DNA of 64,000 bases from the sequence record OR525698.1; one strand, written 5' to 3'. Positions 44,793 to 58,028 of this stretch are shown in pieces. The DNA is from Escherichia phage vB-Eco-KMB43. Positions within the stretch are counted from its first letter, which is position 1; the number at the start of each line of letters is the position of its first letter. The notes beneath the pieces are model-generated. The model was not told the origin of the DNA, searched no databases, and saw only the letters and a list, made by a program, of their open reading frames with translations. Made by a program: the position numbers and the translations under genes.

Positions 44793-46591
44793 AACAATTA
44801 ATTAATATCGGTAACGTTGTTGATGACGGTACTGGTGATTATCTAAGAAAAGGCGGTCAAAAGATCAACGACAACTTTTCTGAACTTTATACTAAGCTGG
44901 GGGACGGCGATACCCCCCACGCATCCGGTGCATGGAAAACGCATACAGCGCCATTATTAAAGCCTAATTTTGGGGATGCGTGGGCTATCAATACAACAAA
45001 CAACGCGGTGTCGGTAGAGCTTCCTAAAGGTGGAGTTGGTGATTATAACAAGACAATTAAACTTCGTGATGTTTGGCGCTCGTGGGCGTCTCATAACGTA
45101 ACACTTAAGCCAGCACAAGGCGATACAATTAAAGGATCACCAATTGACCGAGAATTGTATAAAGATTTTATGGATGTTGAACTGGTTTATTGTGCGCCTG
45201 GGCGCTGGGAATATATCGAAAACAAGCGAGTTGACACGATCACCACGTCTGACCTAAGCACAGTAGCTAAGGAAGTTTATATTGCCACAGAAGGGCAAAC
45301 AGATTTCCCTAATGTATTTGGTTCTAACACATATAACACTCGAAATGTTGAAGTATATTATCGAGGAAACCTTTTATATTATGGTAAGTCTTTTAGTAAT
45401 GACTCTAACTACGGTTCAATTGGTGAGGATGGATCACTTGTTGAACTTGATGGCAAAAGCATAAAACTTCGTTTTCCTTGTTCGGCTGGGGACACCGTTC
45501 AAATTATTACATACATGGACGGAATTGCATCATTCCGATCTAGTTATATCACACACACAATTAGAGTGTATGATACCGGAATGACAGCACTAGAAACTAT
45601 TCCGGGTGAAGTGTGGGTAGGTGATTTATCGACGAAAAAAGAATTTACCAATGCTGATTTGGGAGTTAGTAAACGTGATATAATTAACCCAAATTCATTT
45701 GAGTTATTAATAAATGGTACTCAAATGATTAAAGCTGGTGATGCTGATCTTCCTTCGTTTGTCTGTGAAGGTGCTGACGGAGAAACCGAAGAGAGTTGCG
45801 CACTTGCTGGCGGTCAGTGGGTACAGTCTGGAGAAGATTATTCACTGGTATTTGATGAGAATAGCATTGTAACAGGGATTAAATTAGCTAAAGCGTTGGA
45901 CAATAGAGATACTATAACAATTCGTTGGTTTAATAACGATATCGGAACTCTATTAGAATGGGATGGTGTCGGCGGAATTAAAGAAAAAGCAGACAAGATT
46001 TATCTCAATAACGAAGACGAAGTTAATTTAACAAAACAAATTGAATATACAGACTTCCAGAATCCTAGTCAGAAAAACACTCGTCCGGCAGAAGAGTATT
46101 CAGGTCGAATTATGGATATATATTCACTGTTTGATATTTTTCATCCGGTCGGCACGATATACGAAAACGCACATAACCCAGCTAACCCAGCGACCTATAT
46201 GGGGTTTGGTATCTGGGTTCGGTATGCGGAAGGAGAATTTCTTGCTGGTTGGTCTTCCGATGCCAGCGACCAGAATTTTGCATTAAACAATAACGATCTT
46301 GATATTCATGGACAACCTACACACACCGCTGGTGGTACTGGTGGTGAAGTTGCCTATCAAATCAAGAAAGATATGATTCCTGAATTACAATCCAGCGATC
46401 GTGTTTTGGTGAAAGACGATACAGGGTCAATTATCATTGGTGGCTGTCAAGTTGATCCTGATGCGGCAGGTCCAGCGTTTACGAAATATAGAGAGGATAT
46501 CGTAAAAGTTAATTCTGGAAATGCCGATCCATCAATGATGGGTATTCTTCCTCCATATCGCACCGTTCATCGCTGGTTAAGGGTAGGTTAA
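44789..46591 (+). CDS. 10: baseplate wedge protein
   Basis: 600 aa in gene 10 position. Confidence 0.8.
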   Translation: MKQLINIGNVVDDGTGDYLRKGGQKINDNFSELYTKLGDGDTPHASGAWKTHTAPLLKPNFGDAWAINTTNNAVSVELPKGGVGDYNKTIKLRDVWRSWASHNVTLKPAQGDTIKGSPIDRELYKDFMDVELVYCAPGRWEYIENKRVDTITTSDLSTVAKEVYIATEGQTDFPNVFGSNTYNTRNVEVYYRGNLLYYGKSFSNDSNYGSIGEDGSLVELDGKSIKLRFPCSAGDTVQIITYMDGIASFRSSYITHTIRVYDTGMTALETIPGEVWVGDLSTKKEFTNADLGVSKRDIINPNSFELLINGTQMIKAGDADLPSFVCEGADGETEESCALAGGQWVQSGEDYSLVFDENSIVTGIKLAKALDNRDTITIRWFNNDIGTLLEWDGVGGIKEKADKIYLNNEDEVNLTKQIEYTDFQNPSQKNTRPAEEYSGRIMDIYSLFDIFHPVGTIYENAHNPANPATYMGFGIWVRYAEGEFLAGWSSDASDQNFALNNNDLDIHGQPTHTAGGTGGEVAYQIKKDMIPELQSSDRVLVKDDTGSIIIGGCQVDPDAAGPAFTKYREDIVKVNSGNADPSMMGILPPYRTVHRWLRVG

Positions 46592-46592
46592 T

Positions 46593-47237
46593 ATGATTTC
46601 TAAAACACGTTCTAAAGCAAGCGTATTTTCTAGCGACGCAGCATTCATTTCATACGATCCGGGGTCGAAAGACCCCATTATTGGTGACATTCGCCCAATT
46701 GGTGGATTAAACGTAGACCAATCTCGCAAAGGTTCTTTTATTAACAACGTACAATCAGCCATTGATGATTTGTATAGCATTTCTATGCTTAATGTCGGTG
46801 ATGTATTGGTAACTACAAATTCAACTCCACCGGAAGCGGCGGGACAAATAGAAACTCTTTCTTTCACTGGAACGGTAACAAATAAACACGATCCAGCCGC
46901 GACAAAAGTTGTAATTGAAGTTTTGGGTTATCCATTTGTTGTTAATGTTGGAACATCGAATGTTGCATTATGCGAAATGGTCACAACAAAATTTACTGAA
47001 TTGAAAGACAAAAGTATCTTATTCTCTAGAGTTGAGAGGAAAGGTACTGGCAACGATAAAATAGAGATTCAGTATATTGATTCAAATGCACACGAAGCAA
47101 CGGTCGTAGAAAAATATGGTATTAGCGTTCGTGGGGAAATAAATTCCCCTGCTCGTTATGGTTATGGTGCATGGTCCAGAATGGGAACGGAAGAAAAATT
47201 TGGTTCAACACTATTTTATTTTAAGCGTATTGCGTAA
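46593..47237 (+). CDS. 11: baseplate wedge protein (short tail fiber attachment)
   Basis: 214 aa in gene 11 position. Confidence 0.8.
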   Translation: MISKTRSKASVFSSDAAFISYDPGSKDPIIGDIRPIGGLNVDQSRKGSFINNVQSAIDDLYSISMLNVGDVLVTTNSTPPEAAGQIETLSFTGTVTNKHDPAATKVVIEVLGYPFVVNVGTSNVALCEMVTTKFTELKDKSILFSRVERKGTGNDKIEIQYIDSNAHEATVVEKYGISVRGEINSPARYGYGAWSRMGTEEKFGSTLFYFKRIA

Positions 47238-47247
47238 GGTGTAAATT

Positions 47248-48651
47248 ATGAATAACACTATTAATCACGTAAAAGACGATGCACAGTATGTTAAGTTTGA
47301 CCCTACCGGAAATTGGCCTAGCAATATAAAAAACGTACAAGCGGCATTAGCCGCTATTCAGGGGTTTGCTATTGCAGGTCTTCCAACGGCAACCGAAGAA
47401 ACAGCGGGTATTGCTGAAATTGCTACTCAAAAAGAAGTAGATGATGGGTTGGATGGAACTAAAATTGTTACCCCAAAAACATTGGCTGTTAAGCTGTCAA
47501 GACCGGACGCAACAAAACTTGTCAAAGGGATCACTCGCTATGCTAATAACGATGAAGCTATGGGCGATACTCCAAATATTGCAATTGGTCCTGATACATT
47601 AACCCATGTATTCGAGAAGAAGAAGGCAACGGAAACCGTACAGGGTACAATTAAAATTTGTTCTATGGATGCGGCAAAAATAGGTAGCGATGACACTATG
47701 GCAGTAACGCCTAAAAAGATGCACGCTGCGATTGCTCAGATTGTTCCTGGATTGATCCCAGAGCAAAATACCGCTTCCGAATCCCGTGAGGGTCTAGTTA
47801 GGCTGGCAACAAGCCAACAAACGCTTGCTGGTACTATCAGAGAAGGATTTGCCGTTAGCCCATATGCATTTTCCAACGCAAGAGCCAATGAAAATCAGGC
47901 GGGTACTGTTAAAATTGCGTCATCCCAACAAATGATTGACGGTAATGACAACACAGTAGTAGTATCAGCACAAAAATTTGCGAACACTAAAGCAACCACT
48001 GGACAATTCGGTGTTGTTAAGCTAACAGATAATCCCGGTTCCGGTGAAGCAAATGCTGCGTTATCTGCAAATGCTCGTGTATTGCCTCTAAGCGGTGGTG
48101 TCGTTACTGGTGATGTGTATCGTCATAGTGGAGGTGACGGAAACCAGTTTACCACTAAAAACGAAATGGATGCATGGTGTATGCCAATTGGTGCAATTAT
48201 TCTAACTGCATTCAATAGCAATGATCACGGTGCATTTAAAATTTGTAACGGGCAATGGTTGAATAAACACCAATATCCTACGCTATTTGCTCGCATCGGA
48301 TTTACATATGGTGGTGACGGTGGAGATCATTTCGCTGTTCCAGATATGCGCGGTCTTGTTGCTCGTGGGTGCGATTGGGGAAGAGGTTTAGACCCAGGTC
48401 GTGGATTTGGTACTTATCAAGACGACACCATGCAACATATGACAGGTAACTTCCCTGTAGCTAACCGTTGGCGCGGTTGGACTGGTGGTGCATTTGCTAT
48501 CACAGGTGGTCAATGGAGCACGAACTATAAAAACGGTGGTGGTGATGATTGGGGTAGTATTGTTAACTTTGACAGCGCAAGACAGGTTAGAACGTCTGGC
48601 GAAACTCGCGTTAAAAGCCTTGCATTAAACTACGTTATAAGGGTACAATAA
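47248..48651 (+). CDS. 12: short tail fiber protein
   Basis: Gly-rich repeats; C-terminal GGDHFAVPDMRG...MQHMTG region typical of gp12-type receptor-binding tips. Confidence 0.8.
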   Translation: MNNTINHVKDDAQYVKFDPTGNWPSNIKNVQAALAAIQGFAIAGLPTATEETAGIAEIATQKEVDDGLDGTKIVTPKTLAVKLSRPDATKLVKGITRYANNDEAMGDTPNIAIGPDTLTHVFEKKKATETVQGTIKICSMDAAKIGSDDTMAVTPKKMHAAIAQIVPGLIPEQNTASESREGLVRLATSQQTLAGTIREGFAVSPYAFSNARANENQAGTVKIASSQQMIDGNDNTVVVSAQKFANTKATTGQFGVVKLTDNPGSGEANAALSANARVLPLSGGVVTGDVYRHSGGDGNQFTTKNEMDAWCMPIGAIILTAFNSNDHGAFKICNGQWLNKHQYPTLFARIGFTYGGDGGDHFAVPDMRGLVARGCDWGRGLDPGRGFGTYQDDTMQHMTGNFPVANRWRGWTGGAFAITGGQWSTNYKNGGGDDWGSIVNFDSARQVRTSGETRVKSLALNYVIRVQ

Positions 48652-50420
48652 TGATCGAACAATTAAACATTCGAAAGATCCCTAACGTCGATGGTGTCCC
48701 TGGAGAGGGACAACATTCTATTAGCTGGATTAAAAATGGTGAATGTCTAAGCGCAGCAACCACAGAAACAGGACACGAGGGGACGCTTAACCGCGCCCCT
48801 TATGCGATTCAAGAAAATATTGTTCGTTTGGATGAAAATTCTAAGACAACGGTAACAAAAGTTAACGAAGTTGTTACAGCAGTTAATGATATTAAAACTA
48901 CTTTAGGCGCGGTTGCTGATGGTAGTATTATTGATATTGTCAATCAAACTATTGCAAAGGTTGAGTCTGTAGAAGAAAATTTAGGAGAAACTTCAAGGAC
49001 ATTACAAACCACAGTAGATGAACTGGCGGAGACAGGAAAGAAAATTGGTGTTCGTCCGGCAGCAGATCCGAGTACACGAACAATATATGATGATATTTCT
49101 TTCATCAAACAAGAATTGGGCGCTTTCCCTAACTTCAATATCAACGGTTATCCAGATCCAGGTAGTTCCGGTTCCGGTATCAAATATCGAGTTATCCAGA
49201 ATACGGAAGCATTAAACAACCACGGTCAGCGAATCCGCCAACTAGAAAACGACTGGCAAGATTCTGACGTTGGAGAGCTAACAGAACAAGTTAACAAAAT
49301 GCGAAGCGAGCTAGGAGACACATCACTAGCAACACAGGACAATGTTTATCTTCGTCTTCGCACAAACACTCGCAATATCGCTAGTATATCAAACGAAGTT
49401 CAGGAAGTAAAGAAAGCGATTCTATTTGAATCAATTCCCGATATCGGGACTAAAGTAACTAAGCTACAATCTGATTATACACAGCTTAATGATGAAGTCA
49501 ACGGCTTTGACGCTGGTATCCGTCCTCGTTTAACTCTTCTGGAAAATAAGATCGGCAATCCTCAAGCCGCTGGAAGTATTGATTATCGATTGACCAATCA
49601 AGAACTGGAATTTGTAGATCTTAAATCTATTGTCGGTGTCAGTGGTGCTGATGGCCTACGTGGTGAGGTTGCACGAATCTCTAACACAGTTGGTACTGAC
49701 AGTGAGCGTCATACTATCGCAGGTCGTCTAAAAATTGTAGAAAACACACAGGGACGACTAGAAGCTAGCGTACAGGATATCGAGCAAATGATCGGCGATC
49801 GAGATTCCGGTCTAACCGCCGGGGTTATTAAGCTGTCAAGCGACATGTACGGCAATCCAGAAGGAAGCACGCAGCTTGAACAAGATGGGATCGTGAAAAC
49901 TGTTAAGGAATTGAGCACATCAAATGCAAGCAAGGTAACAGACGTTCCTGATGATGGTTTCCATTATCTACGTAAGCACGGGGAATGGGTTCAGGTCGCA
50001 TGGGCGGCTGGTGCATTTAAAAACACCGCTCAGATTGATATTACTCTCGACGGACAAGATCAATACAAAGGAATCCCGCTAAACGATATGACCGAAGAAG
50101 TTCCTGCGCGTGGAATGGTTAAGAGCGAATCTCTTGTTACGGTTAACGACAAAGGCTTATTCCGTTGTGTTTTCCGTTGTTCTGTAAATGCGGCACATAA
50201 CGCTACTTTCGTAGTCGGTATTGCTAAAAATGGTCAGATTGTACATGAGGTACGACATGGTCATTATGGAACTGATGATTTAATTAGCTATTCTACCAGT
50301 GCTTTCCTAAATATTGAAAAGGGCGACCGGATCGATATTCGCATTAAGGGCGTATCCGAAGAAGCATTAGCGCAACAGCTACAAATTAAAGAGTTCCTCT
50401 TTGGGATTTCTCCGGTATAA
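48651..50420 (+). CDS. wac: fibritin (whisker/neck protein)
   Basis: Long coiled-coil-like central region; position between genes 12 and 13. Confidence 0.8.
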   Translation: MIEQLNIRKIPNVDGVPGEGQHSISWIKNGECLSAATTETGHEGTLNRAPYAIQENIVRLDENSKTTVTKVNEVVTAVNDIKTTLGAVADGSIIDIVNQTIAKVESVEENLGETSRTLQTTVDELAETGKKIGVRPAADPSTRTIYDDISFIKQELGAFPNFNINGYPDPGSSGSGIKYRVIQNTEALNNHGQRIRQLENDWQDSDVGELTEQVNKMRSELGDTSLATQDNVYLRLRTNTRNIASISNEVQEVKKAILFESIPDIGTKVTKLQSDYTQLNDEVNGFDAGIRPRLTLLENKIGNPQAAGSIDYRLTNQELEFVDLKSIVGVSGADGLRGEVARISNTVGTDSERHTIAGRLKIVENTQGRLEASVQDIEQMIGDRDSGLTAGVIKLSSDMYGNPEGSTQLEQDGIVKTVKELSTSNASKVTDVPDDGFHYLRKHGEWVQVAWAAGAFKNTAQIDITLDGQDQYKGIPLNDMTEEVPARGMVKSESLVTVNDKGLFRCVFRCSVNAAHNATFVVGIAKNGQIVHEVRHGHYGTDDLISYSTSAFLNIEKGDRIDIRIKGVSEEALAQQLQIKEFLFGISPV

Positions 50421-50426
50421 GAAATT

Positions 50427-50450
50427 AAAGGGGCGTTAAGCCCCTTTTCC
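50427..50450 (+). terminator. rho-independent terminator after wac
   Basis: GGGGC-gttaa-GCCCC hairpin followed by TTTT. Confidence 0.65.
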
Positions 50451-50466
50451 GTTTATAGGTGATATT

Positions 50467-51399
50467 ATGTCAGGATATGTAACCAATAACCCAAGAGAAT
50501 TAAAAGACGCTATTCTGCGTCGTTTAGGCGCACCAGTAATTAACGTAGAAGTCACAGAAGACCAGATTTACGATTGTATTCAGAGAGCACTAGAACTCTA
50601 TGGGGAATATCATTTCGATGGTGTGAATAAAGGATATAAAGTATTTCGTGTTAGTGCAGAGCAAGCGCAACACGGGGTATTTGATTTAAGCGATTCTGGA
50701 GTATTCGCAGTAACTAAAATAATTCGAACAAACGTAGGTAGCGCGGCTACGATGGATGGCACTGCCGTTTATCCGTGGTTTACTGACTTTCTGTTGGGTT
50801 TAGCGGGTGTAAATGGCGGTTTAGGATCTGGCTGTAGTAAATTTTATGGTCCAAATGCAATGGGTGGTGATCTAGGATATTTCGAACAGCTTATGAGCTA
50901 TCGAGCCACTATGCAAAATATGCTCAATCCGCTGCCAGACTATTGGTATAATAGCGCAAACGGACAACTTAAGATTACAGGAAACTTCCGAGAAGGTGAT
51001 CTCATTGTTGTTGAATTATATGTTAAAAGCTATATAGACGTTCCTGACATGATCGGCGCGGTTGCTGGTTATGCTCATGCAGGAGGATGTTCTACCGCTG
51101 GCGGGATTAGCGCCGTTTATGATAATCCAACTGCTGGTTTAAGCGGGATTGTTGCTGGAATGGGACCGATCCGTGATAACAAGCAGGGCGCATATAATAA
51201 CCGTTGGGTTAAAGACATGGCAACCGCTTTCACTAAGGAGGTGTGGGGGTCCATCATGGCTAAACATCAAGGTCTGCAATTACCCGGCGGTGTCACTGTT
51301 GATGGTATCCGAATCATTGAAGAAGCACGCGCCGACATTGAGAAATTGCGACAAGAACTAGAATTATTAGATCCTCCGTTCGGCATCCTCATGATTTGA
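50467..51399 (+). CDS. 13: neck protein
   Basis: 310 aa in gene 13 position. Confidence 0.8.
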   Translation: MSGYVTNNPRELKDAILRRLGAPVINVEVTEDQIYDCIQRALELYGEYHFDGVNKGYKVFRVSAEQAQHGVFDLSDSGVFAVTKIIRTNVGSAATMDGTAVYPWFTDFLLGLAGVNGGLGSGCSKFYGPNAMGGDLGYFEQLMSYRATMQNMLNPLPDYWYNSANGQLKITGNFREGDLIVVELYVKSYIDVPDMIGAVAGYAHAGGCSTAGGISAVYDNPTAGLSGIVAGMGPIRDNKQGAYNNRWVKDMATAFTKEVWGSIMAKHQGLQLPGGVTVDGIRIIEEARADIEKLRQELELLDPPFGILMI

Positions 51400-51435
51400 T
51401 TTATTGGGGGAGTATTCCCCCATTTGGAGTAACAT

Positions 51436-52176
51436 ATGTTTAACAACACTCTTTTTGCTCGCCTTGAATCGCAGAAGGACTACGAGAATACACGACAAAC
51501 AGAGATTCTTAATCCTTATGTGAACTTTCACAAATATACAAATACTCAGACGTTAGCCGACGTTATGGTCGCCGAAGCTATTCAGATGCGAGGTGTAGAA
51601 TTATATTACATCCCTCGTGAATTTGTCAAACCAGATATGATCTTTGGTGAGGATGTTCAAAGCAAATTTACTAAAGCATGGAAATTTGCGGCTTATATTA
51701 ACTCATTTGATGGGTATGAAGGAGCGGGTAATTTCTTCTCTAGTTTCGGGTATCAAGCTAATGATGAACTAACTTTTACGGTTAACCCCAACCTATTCAA
51801 GCATCAAGTAGATGATCAAGAGCCAAAATCAGGTGACTTAATTTATATTCCTATGAGCAATGATTTATTTGAAATCTCATATGTAGAGCCATATCAGCCG
51901 TTTTTTCAGGCTGGCAAAAATGCCATGCGTAAAATTATTGCAGAGAAATTCGTGTATAGCGGTGAGGAATTGCGACCAGAATTACAACGCAATGAGGGAA
52001 TTAATGTTGATGAGTTTGCGGATCTGGATCTTGCACCGATCACTAATCTGGACGGGTTAACAGATATCAACTTAGATCAGTACAAAGAAGATAAGCAATT
52101 CAGAAGCGAAGGACAAGATTTTATTGATCCGTTTGATCCTATTAATGGCAAGGGTTCACCTTTCGCCGATTTTTGA
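51436..52176 (+). CDS. 14: neck protein
   Basis: 246 aa in gene 14 position. Confidence 0.8.
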   Translation: MFNNTLFARLESQKDYENTRQTEILNPYVNFHKYTNTQTLADVMVAEAIQMRGVELYYIPREFVKPDMIFGEDVQSKFTKAWKFAAYINSFDGYEGAGNFFSSFGYQANDELTFTVNPNLFKHQVDDQEPKSGDLIYIPMSNDLFEISYVEPYQPFFQAGKNAMRKIIAEKFVYSGEELRPELQRNEGINVDEFADLDLAPITNLDGLTDINLDQYKEDKQFRSEGQDFIDPFDPINGKGSPFADF

Positions 52177-53036
52177 TAAATACTCATAAACAAGGGGGTC
52201 AAATGTTCGGTTGGCACTATAATTCGTCAATTAGAAGGTATATTGTATTGCTGGGTAATTTATTCTCCGGCGTACAAATTAAAAGGGTGCGTAGTGACGG
52301 TGAGCGTTTTATTAAAGTTCCTATCACCTACGCAAAGAAAGAAAAATTCATGATGAGTCTGGACAAATATAACAATATCTTAAGCGAGGAAGACGTAGCA
52401 AAGGTAGAAACTATTTTACCTCGTATGTGTCTTTCTTTGATTGATATGACATACGCCCAGAACTTTAAAACCAATATTGCAAATAAGACAGTACCAAAAT
52501 ATACAGAGGATGGAATCAGGAGCGTAACACAATATAATCCTGTACCATATAAGTTTACTTTCGAGTTAGGGATTTATACGCGTAACGAAGATGATATGTT
52601 TCAGATAATTGAACAGATTCTTCCTTACTTCCAGCCTCATTTTAACTGTAAGATTAAAGAACTACACGGTAATGATGTATGGATTGATCGAGATATTCAG
52701 GTCACAATTAGTTCTATTACTCCAGATGAACAGGTAGGCGAAGATAAGTTTTCTCGTCGTCGTCTTGAGTGGACCATTATGTTCGAATTTATCGGGTTTA
52801 TATATCCTCCAGCTACCGACGTTAAGGGGGAAATCAGAACGATTTATCTTGATTTTCATGCTAATTCTCGTGAATTGAATCCTAGCGGTAATTTTGAATC
52901 AGTGGATCACGAGGTCGTTAAACGTGACGTCGAGCAAGAAGATTGGGACGGAACTATCAAAGAATCATATTCTAGTGATATTCCAATACCAGTTGCACCG
53001 ACTCCACCGGGTCCACGTAGTGTAAGAGAATTTTAA
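52173..53036 (+). CDS. 15: tail sheath terminator/stabiliser protein
   Basis: 287 aa in gene 15 position. Confidence 0.8.
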   Translation: MINTHKQGGQMFGWHYNSSIRRYIVLLGNLFSGVQIKRVRSDGERFIKVPITYAKKEKFMMSLDKYNNILSEEDVAKVETILPRMCLSLIDMTYAQNFKTNIANKTVPKYTEDGIRSVTQYNPVPYKFTFELGIYTRNEDDMFQIIEQILPYFQPHFNCKIKELHGNDVWIDRDIQVTISSITPDEQVGEDKFSRRRLEWTIMFEFIGFIYPPATDVKGEIRTIYLDFHANSRELNPSGNFESVDHEVVKRDVEQEDWDGTIKESYSSDIPIPVAPTPPGPRSVREF

Positions 53037-53049
53037 GAGGTAATTTATT

Positions 53050-55370
<2,321 letters not shown>

Positions 55371-55401
55371 CGATAATGCATAAAAAGATGAGGAAATTCT
55401 A

Positions 55402-57402
55402 ATGACTCTATTATCACCGGGTTTCGAAACGAAAGAAACTACTCTCTCCACTACCATTGTGCAATCTGCGACTGGTCGCGCGGCGCTGGTAGGTAAATTT
55501 CAATGGGGTCCAGCTTTCCAGATTGTTCAAGTAACTAATGAAGTTGAATTAGTTAATAAATTTGGTCAGCCGGATAATAACACCGCAGACTATTTCATGA
55601 GCGGGGCTAACTTCCTCCAGTATGGCAATGACCTGCGTGTTGTTCGTGTACTCAATAAAGAAAAAGCAAAAAACGCAACCGCACTGGCTGGTAACGTCGA
55701 GTTTGAAATCACAAACGAAGGTTCAAACTATGAAGTAGGCGATACCATCAAGATTAAACATAACCGTCAAGATATTGAAACGGCAGGTAAAGTAACTAAA
55801 GTTGATGGTGATGGTAAAGTTAAGGGAGTATTTATCCCAACTGGTAAAATTATCGCTCACGCTAAAGCAATTGGTGTTTATCCAGAACTTGATGGCGATT
55901 GGACGGCAGAGTTCACTTCTTCGTCAGGTAACGGCAGTGCGGCGCTGTCAGTAACTAAAATTGTTACTGATTCCGGTCTTCTGTTAACGGATCTGGAAAC
56001 TTCCCGCGCCAATATCACAAATCAAACTTTCTTGACTAAACTCCAGAAGTATGATATGCCAGCGGTAAGCGCGATCTATGCTGGTGAGATTGGCAACTCG
56101 CTGGAAGTGGAAATTCTGGCGCGTAGTGCGTTTAAGAACACTGCACCGGATCTGACCATATATCCTTATGGTGGCGAGCGCACCGCAGCACGCAACCTGA
56201 TTCCATATGCACCGCAGAATGATAATCAATATGCGTTTATTGTTCGTCGTGATGGTGTTGTGGTAGAATCCTATGTACTGTCTACTCTGAAAGGGGATAA
56301 AGACGTATACGGCAATTCTATCTATATGGACGACTTCTTTGCTCGTGGTTCTAGCCAGTACATCTATGCAACCGCTCAGGGCTGGGTAGATGGTTTCAGT
56401 GGCATTATCTCTCTTGCTGGTGGCGTTTCTGCTAACGAATCCGCAACTGCTGGTGTTGGTGCTGATCCGTTCATCGGTGCGATGATGCAAGGATGGGATC
56501 TGTTTGCTGAACGTGAATCTATTCACGTAAACCTGTTGATTGCTGGTGCATGTGCTGGCGAAGGCGATGCGTTCTCTACCGTACAGAAACATGCTGTTTC
56601 CATCGGTGACGAGCGTCAGGATTGCTTAGTAATGGTTTCTCCGCCGCGTAGCACTGTTGTTAATATTCCGGTGACTACCGCAATTGATAACCTGATTGCA
56701 TGGCGCGAAGGTTCAGGAAACTATAATGAAAACAACATGAACATTAATACCACTTACGCGGTTATTGATGGTAACTACAAATATCAGTATGACAAATACA
56801 ACGACGTAAACCGTTGGGTTCCGTTGGCTGCTGATATTGCTGGTTTATGTGCTCGAACTGATGTGGTATCTCAACCGTGGATGAGTCCGGCAGGTTATAA
56901 CCGTGGTCAGGTCATGAACGTGGTTAAACTGGCAATTGAGCCTCGCAAGGCGCACCGCGATCGTCTGTATCAGGCCGCAATTAACCCGGTAATCGGTGCT
57001 GGTGGTGAAGGGTTTATCCTGATGGGTGATAAAACCGCTACGACTGTTCCTAGCCCGTTTGACCGCATTAACGTTCGTCGTCTGTTTAACATGCTGAAAA
57101 AGAATATCGGCGATTCAAGCAAATACAAACTGTTTGAAAACAACGATAACTTTACTCGCGCTTCCTTCCGTATGGAGGTTTCGCAATATCTCAGCACGAT
57201 TCGCTCTCTTGGTGGCATTTATGACTTCCGAGTACAATGCGACACCACGAACAACACGCCTGATGTAATTGATCGTAATGAATTTGTTGCTAGCATGTTC
57301 ATCAAACCGGCAAAATCGATCAACTATATCATGCTCAATTTCACTGCTGTTGCAACTGGTGCTGATTTTGACGAAATTATCGGTCCAGCTAACCAGGCAT
57401 AA
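55402..57402 (+). CDS. 18: tail sheath protein
   Basis: 666 aa in gene 18 position. Confidence 0.9.
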   Translation: MTLLSPGFETKETTLSTTIVQSATGRAALVGKFQWGPAFQIVQVTNEVELVNKFGQPDNNTADYFMSGANFLQYGNDLRVVRVLNKEKAKNATALAGNVEFEITNEGSNYEVGDTIKIKHNRQDIETAGKVTKVDGDGKVKGVFIPTGKIIAHAKAIGVYPELDGDWTAEFTSSSGNGSAALSVTKIVTDSGLLLTDLETSRANITNQTFLTKLQKYDMPAVSAIYAGEIGNSLEVEILARSAFKNTAPDLTIYPYGGERTAARNLIPYAPQNDNQYAFIVRRDGVVVESYVLSTLKGDKDVYGNSIYMDDFFARGSSQYIYATAQGWVDGFSGIISLAGGVSANESATAGVGADPFIGAMMQGWDLFAERESIHVNLLIAGACAGEGDAFSTVQKHAVSIGDERQDCLVMVSPPRSTVVNIPVTTAIDNLIAWREGSGNYNENNMNINTTYAVIDGNYKYQYDKYNDVNRWVPLAADIAGLCARTDVVSQPWMSPAGYNRGQVMNVVKLAIEPRKAHRDRLYQAAINPVIGAGGEGFILMGDKTATTVPSPFDRINVRRLFNMLKKNIGDSSKYKLFENNDNFTRASFRMEVSQYLSTIRSLGGIYDFRVQCDTTNNTPDVIDRNEFVASMFIKPAKSINYIMLNFTAVATGADFDEIIGPANQA

Positions 57403-57435
57403 TCAGTAAATTAGCATAGATTAAAAGTTAAATCA

Positions 57436-57460
57436 AGCGGGGAGAAAATCCCCGCTCTAT
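57436..57460 (+). terminator. intergenic hairpin GCGGGGAGAAAATCCCCGC (terminator or RNA-stability element)
   Basis: 8 bp GC stem after the gene 18 stop; weak U-tract. Confidence 0.45.
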
Positions 57461-57475
57461 TAAGGAATATCAATT

Positions 57476-57970
57476 ATGGCACTCGATTTGAATGATATTA
57501 CACGCGGTTTCGAGTCTGGCGATTTTGCTCGTCCTAACCTGTTTGAAGTTGAGATCCCGTATCTGGGGCAAAACTTTAAGCTGATGTGTAAGGCTGCGAC
57601 CGTCCCGGCTGCGACCGTAGAAAAAATTGCTATAGGTTATCAAAACCGTAAAATTAACATCGCTGGCGACCGTGTATACGACGACTGGACCATCACTGTA
57701 TTCAACGATGACGCACACAAGATCCGTGATGCTATCGTTGCATGGAGCGATCAGACACACGGCACTGGTTCGGCGATCACTGGCGCAACTCCTGCACAGT
57801 ATAAGAAACAAGCTATTGTTCGTCAACTTAACCGTAACACCGAATCAACTAGCGAAAAAACATTGTACGGTATTTTCCCGACCAACGTAGGTGAAGTAAC
57901 CCTCGATTGGGAACAAAACAACGAAGTTGAAACGTTTGAAGTTACTTTTGCTATCGATTGGGTAGAATAA
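57476..57970 (+). CDS. 19: tail tube protein
   Basis: FESGDFARPNLFEVEI...TFEVTFAIDWVE closely resembles T4 gp19 as recalled. Confidence 0.92.
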   Translation: MALDLNDITRGFESGDFARPNLFEVEIPYLGQNFKLMCKAATVPAATVEKIAIGYQNRKINIAGDRVYDDWTITVFNDDAHKIRDAIVAWSDQTHGTGSAITGATPAQYKKQAIVRQLNRNTESTSEKTLYGIFPTNVGEVTLDWEQNNEVETFEVTFAIDWVE

Positions 57971-57982
57971 ATATATTATCAT

Positions 57983-58001
57983 GCGGGGAGAAGTTCCCCG
58001 C
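57983..58001 (+). terminator. intergenic hairpin GCGGGGAGAAGTTCCCCGC (same family as 57436-57460)
   Basis: Near-identical hairpin after gene 19. Confidence 0.45.
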
Positions 58002-58028
58002 CTAATTTCTCCCAATTCGAGGTGAATA

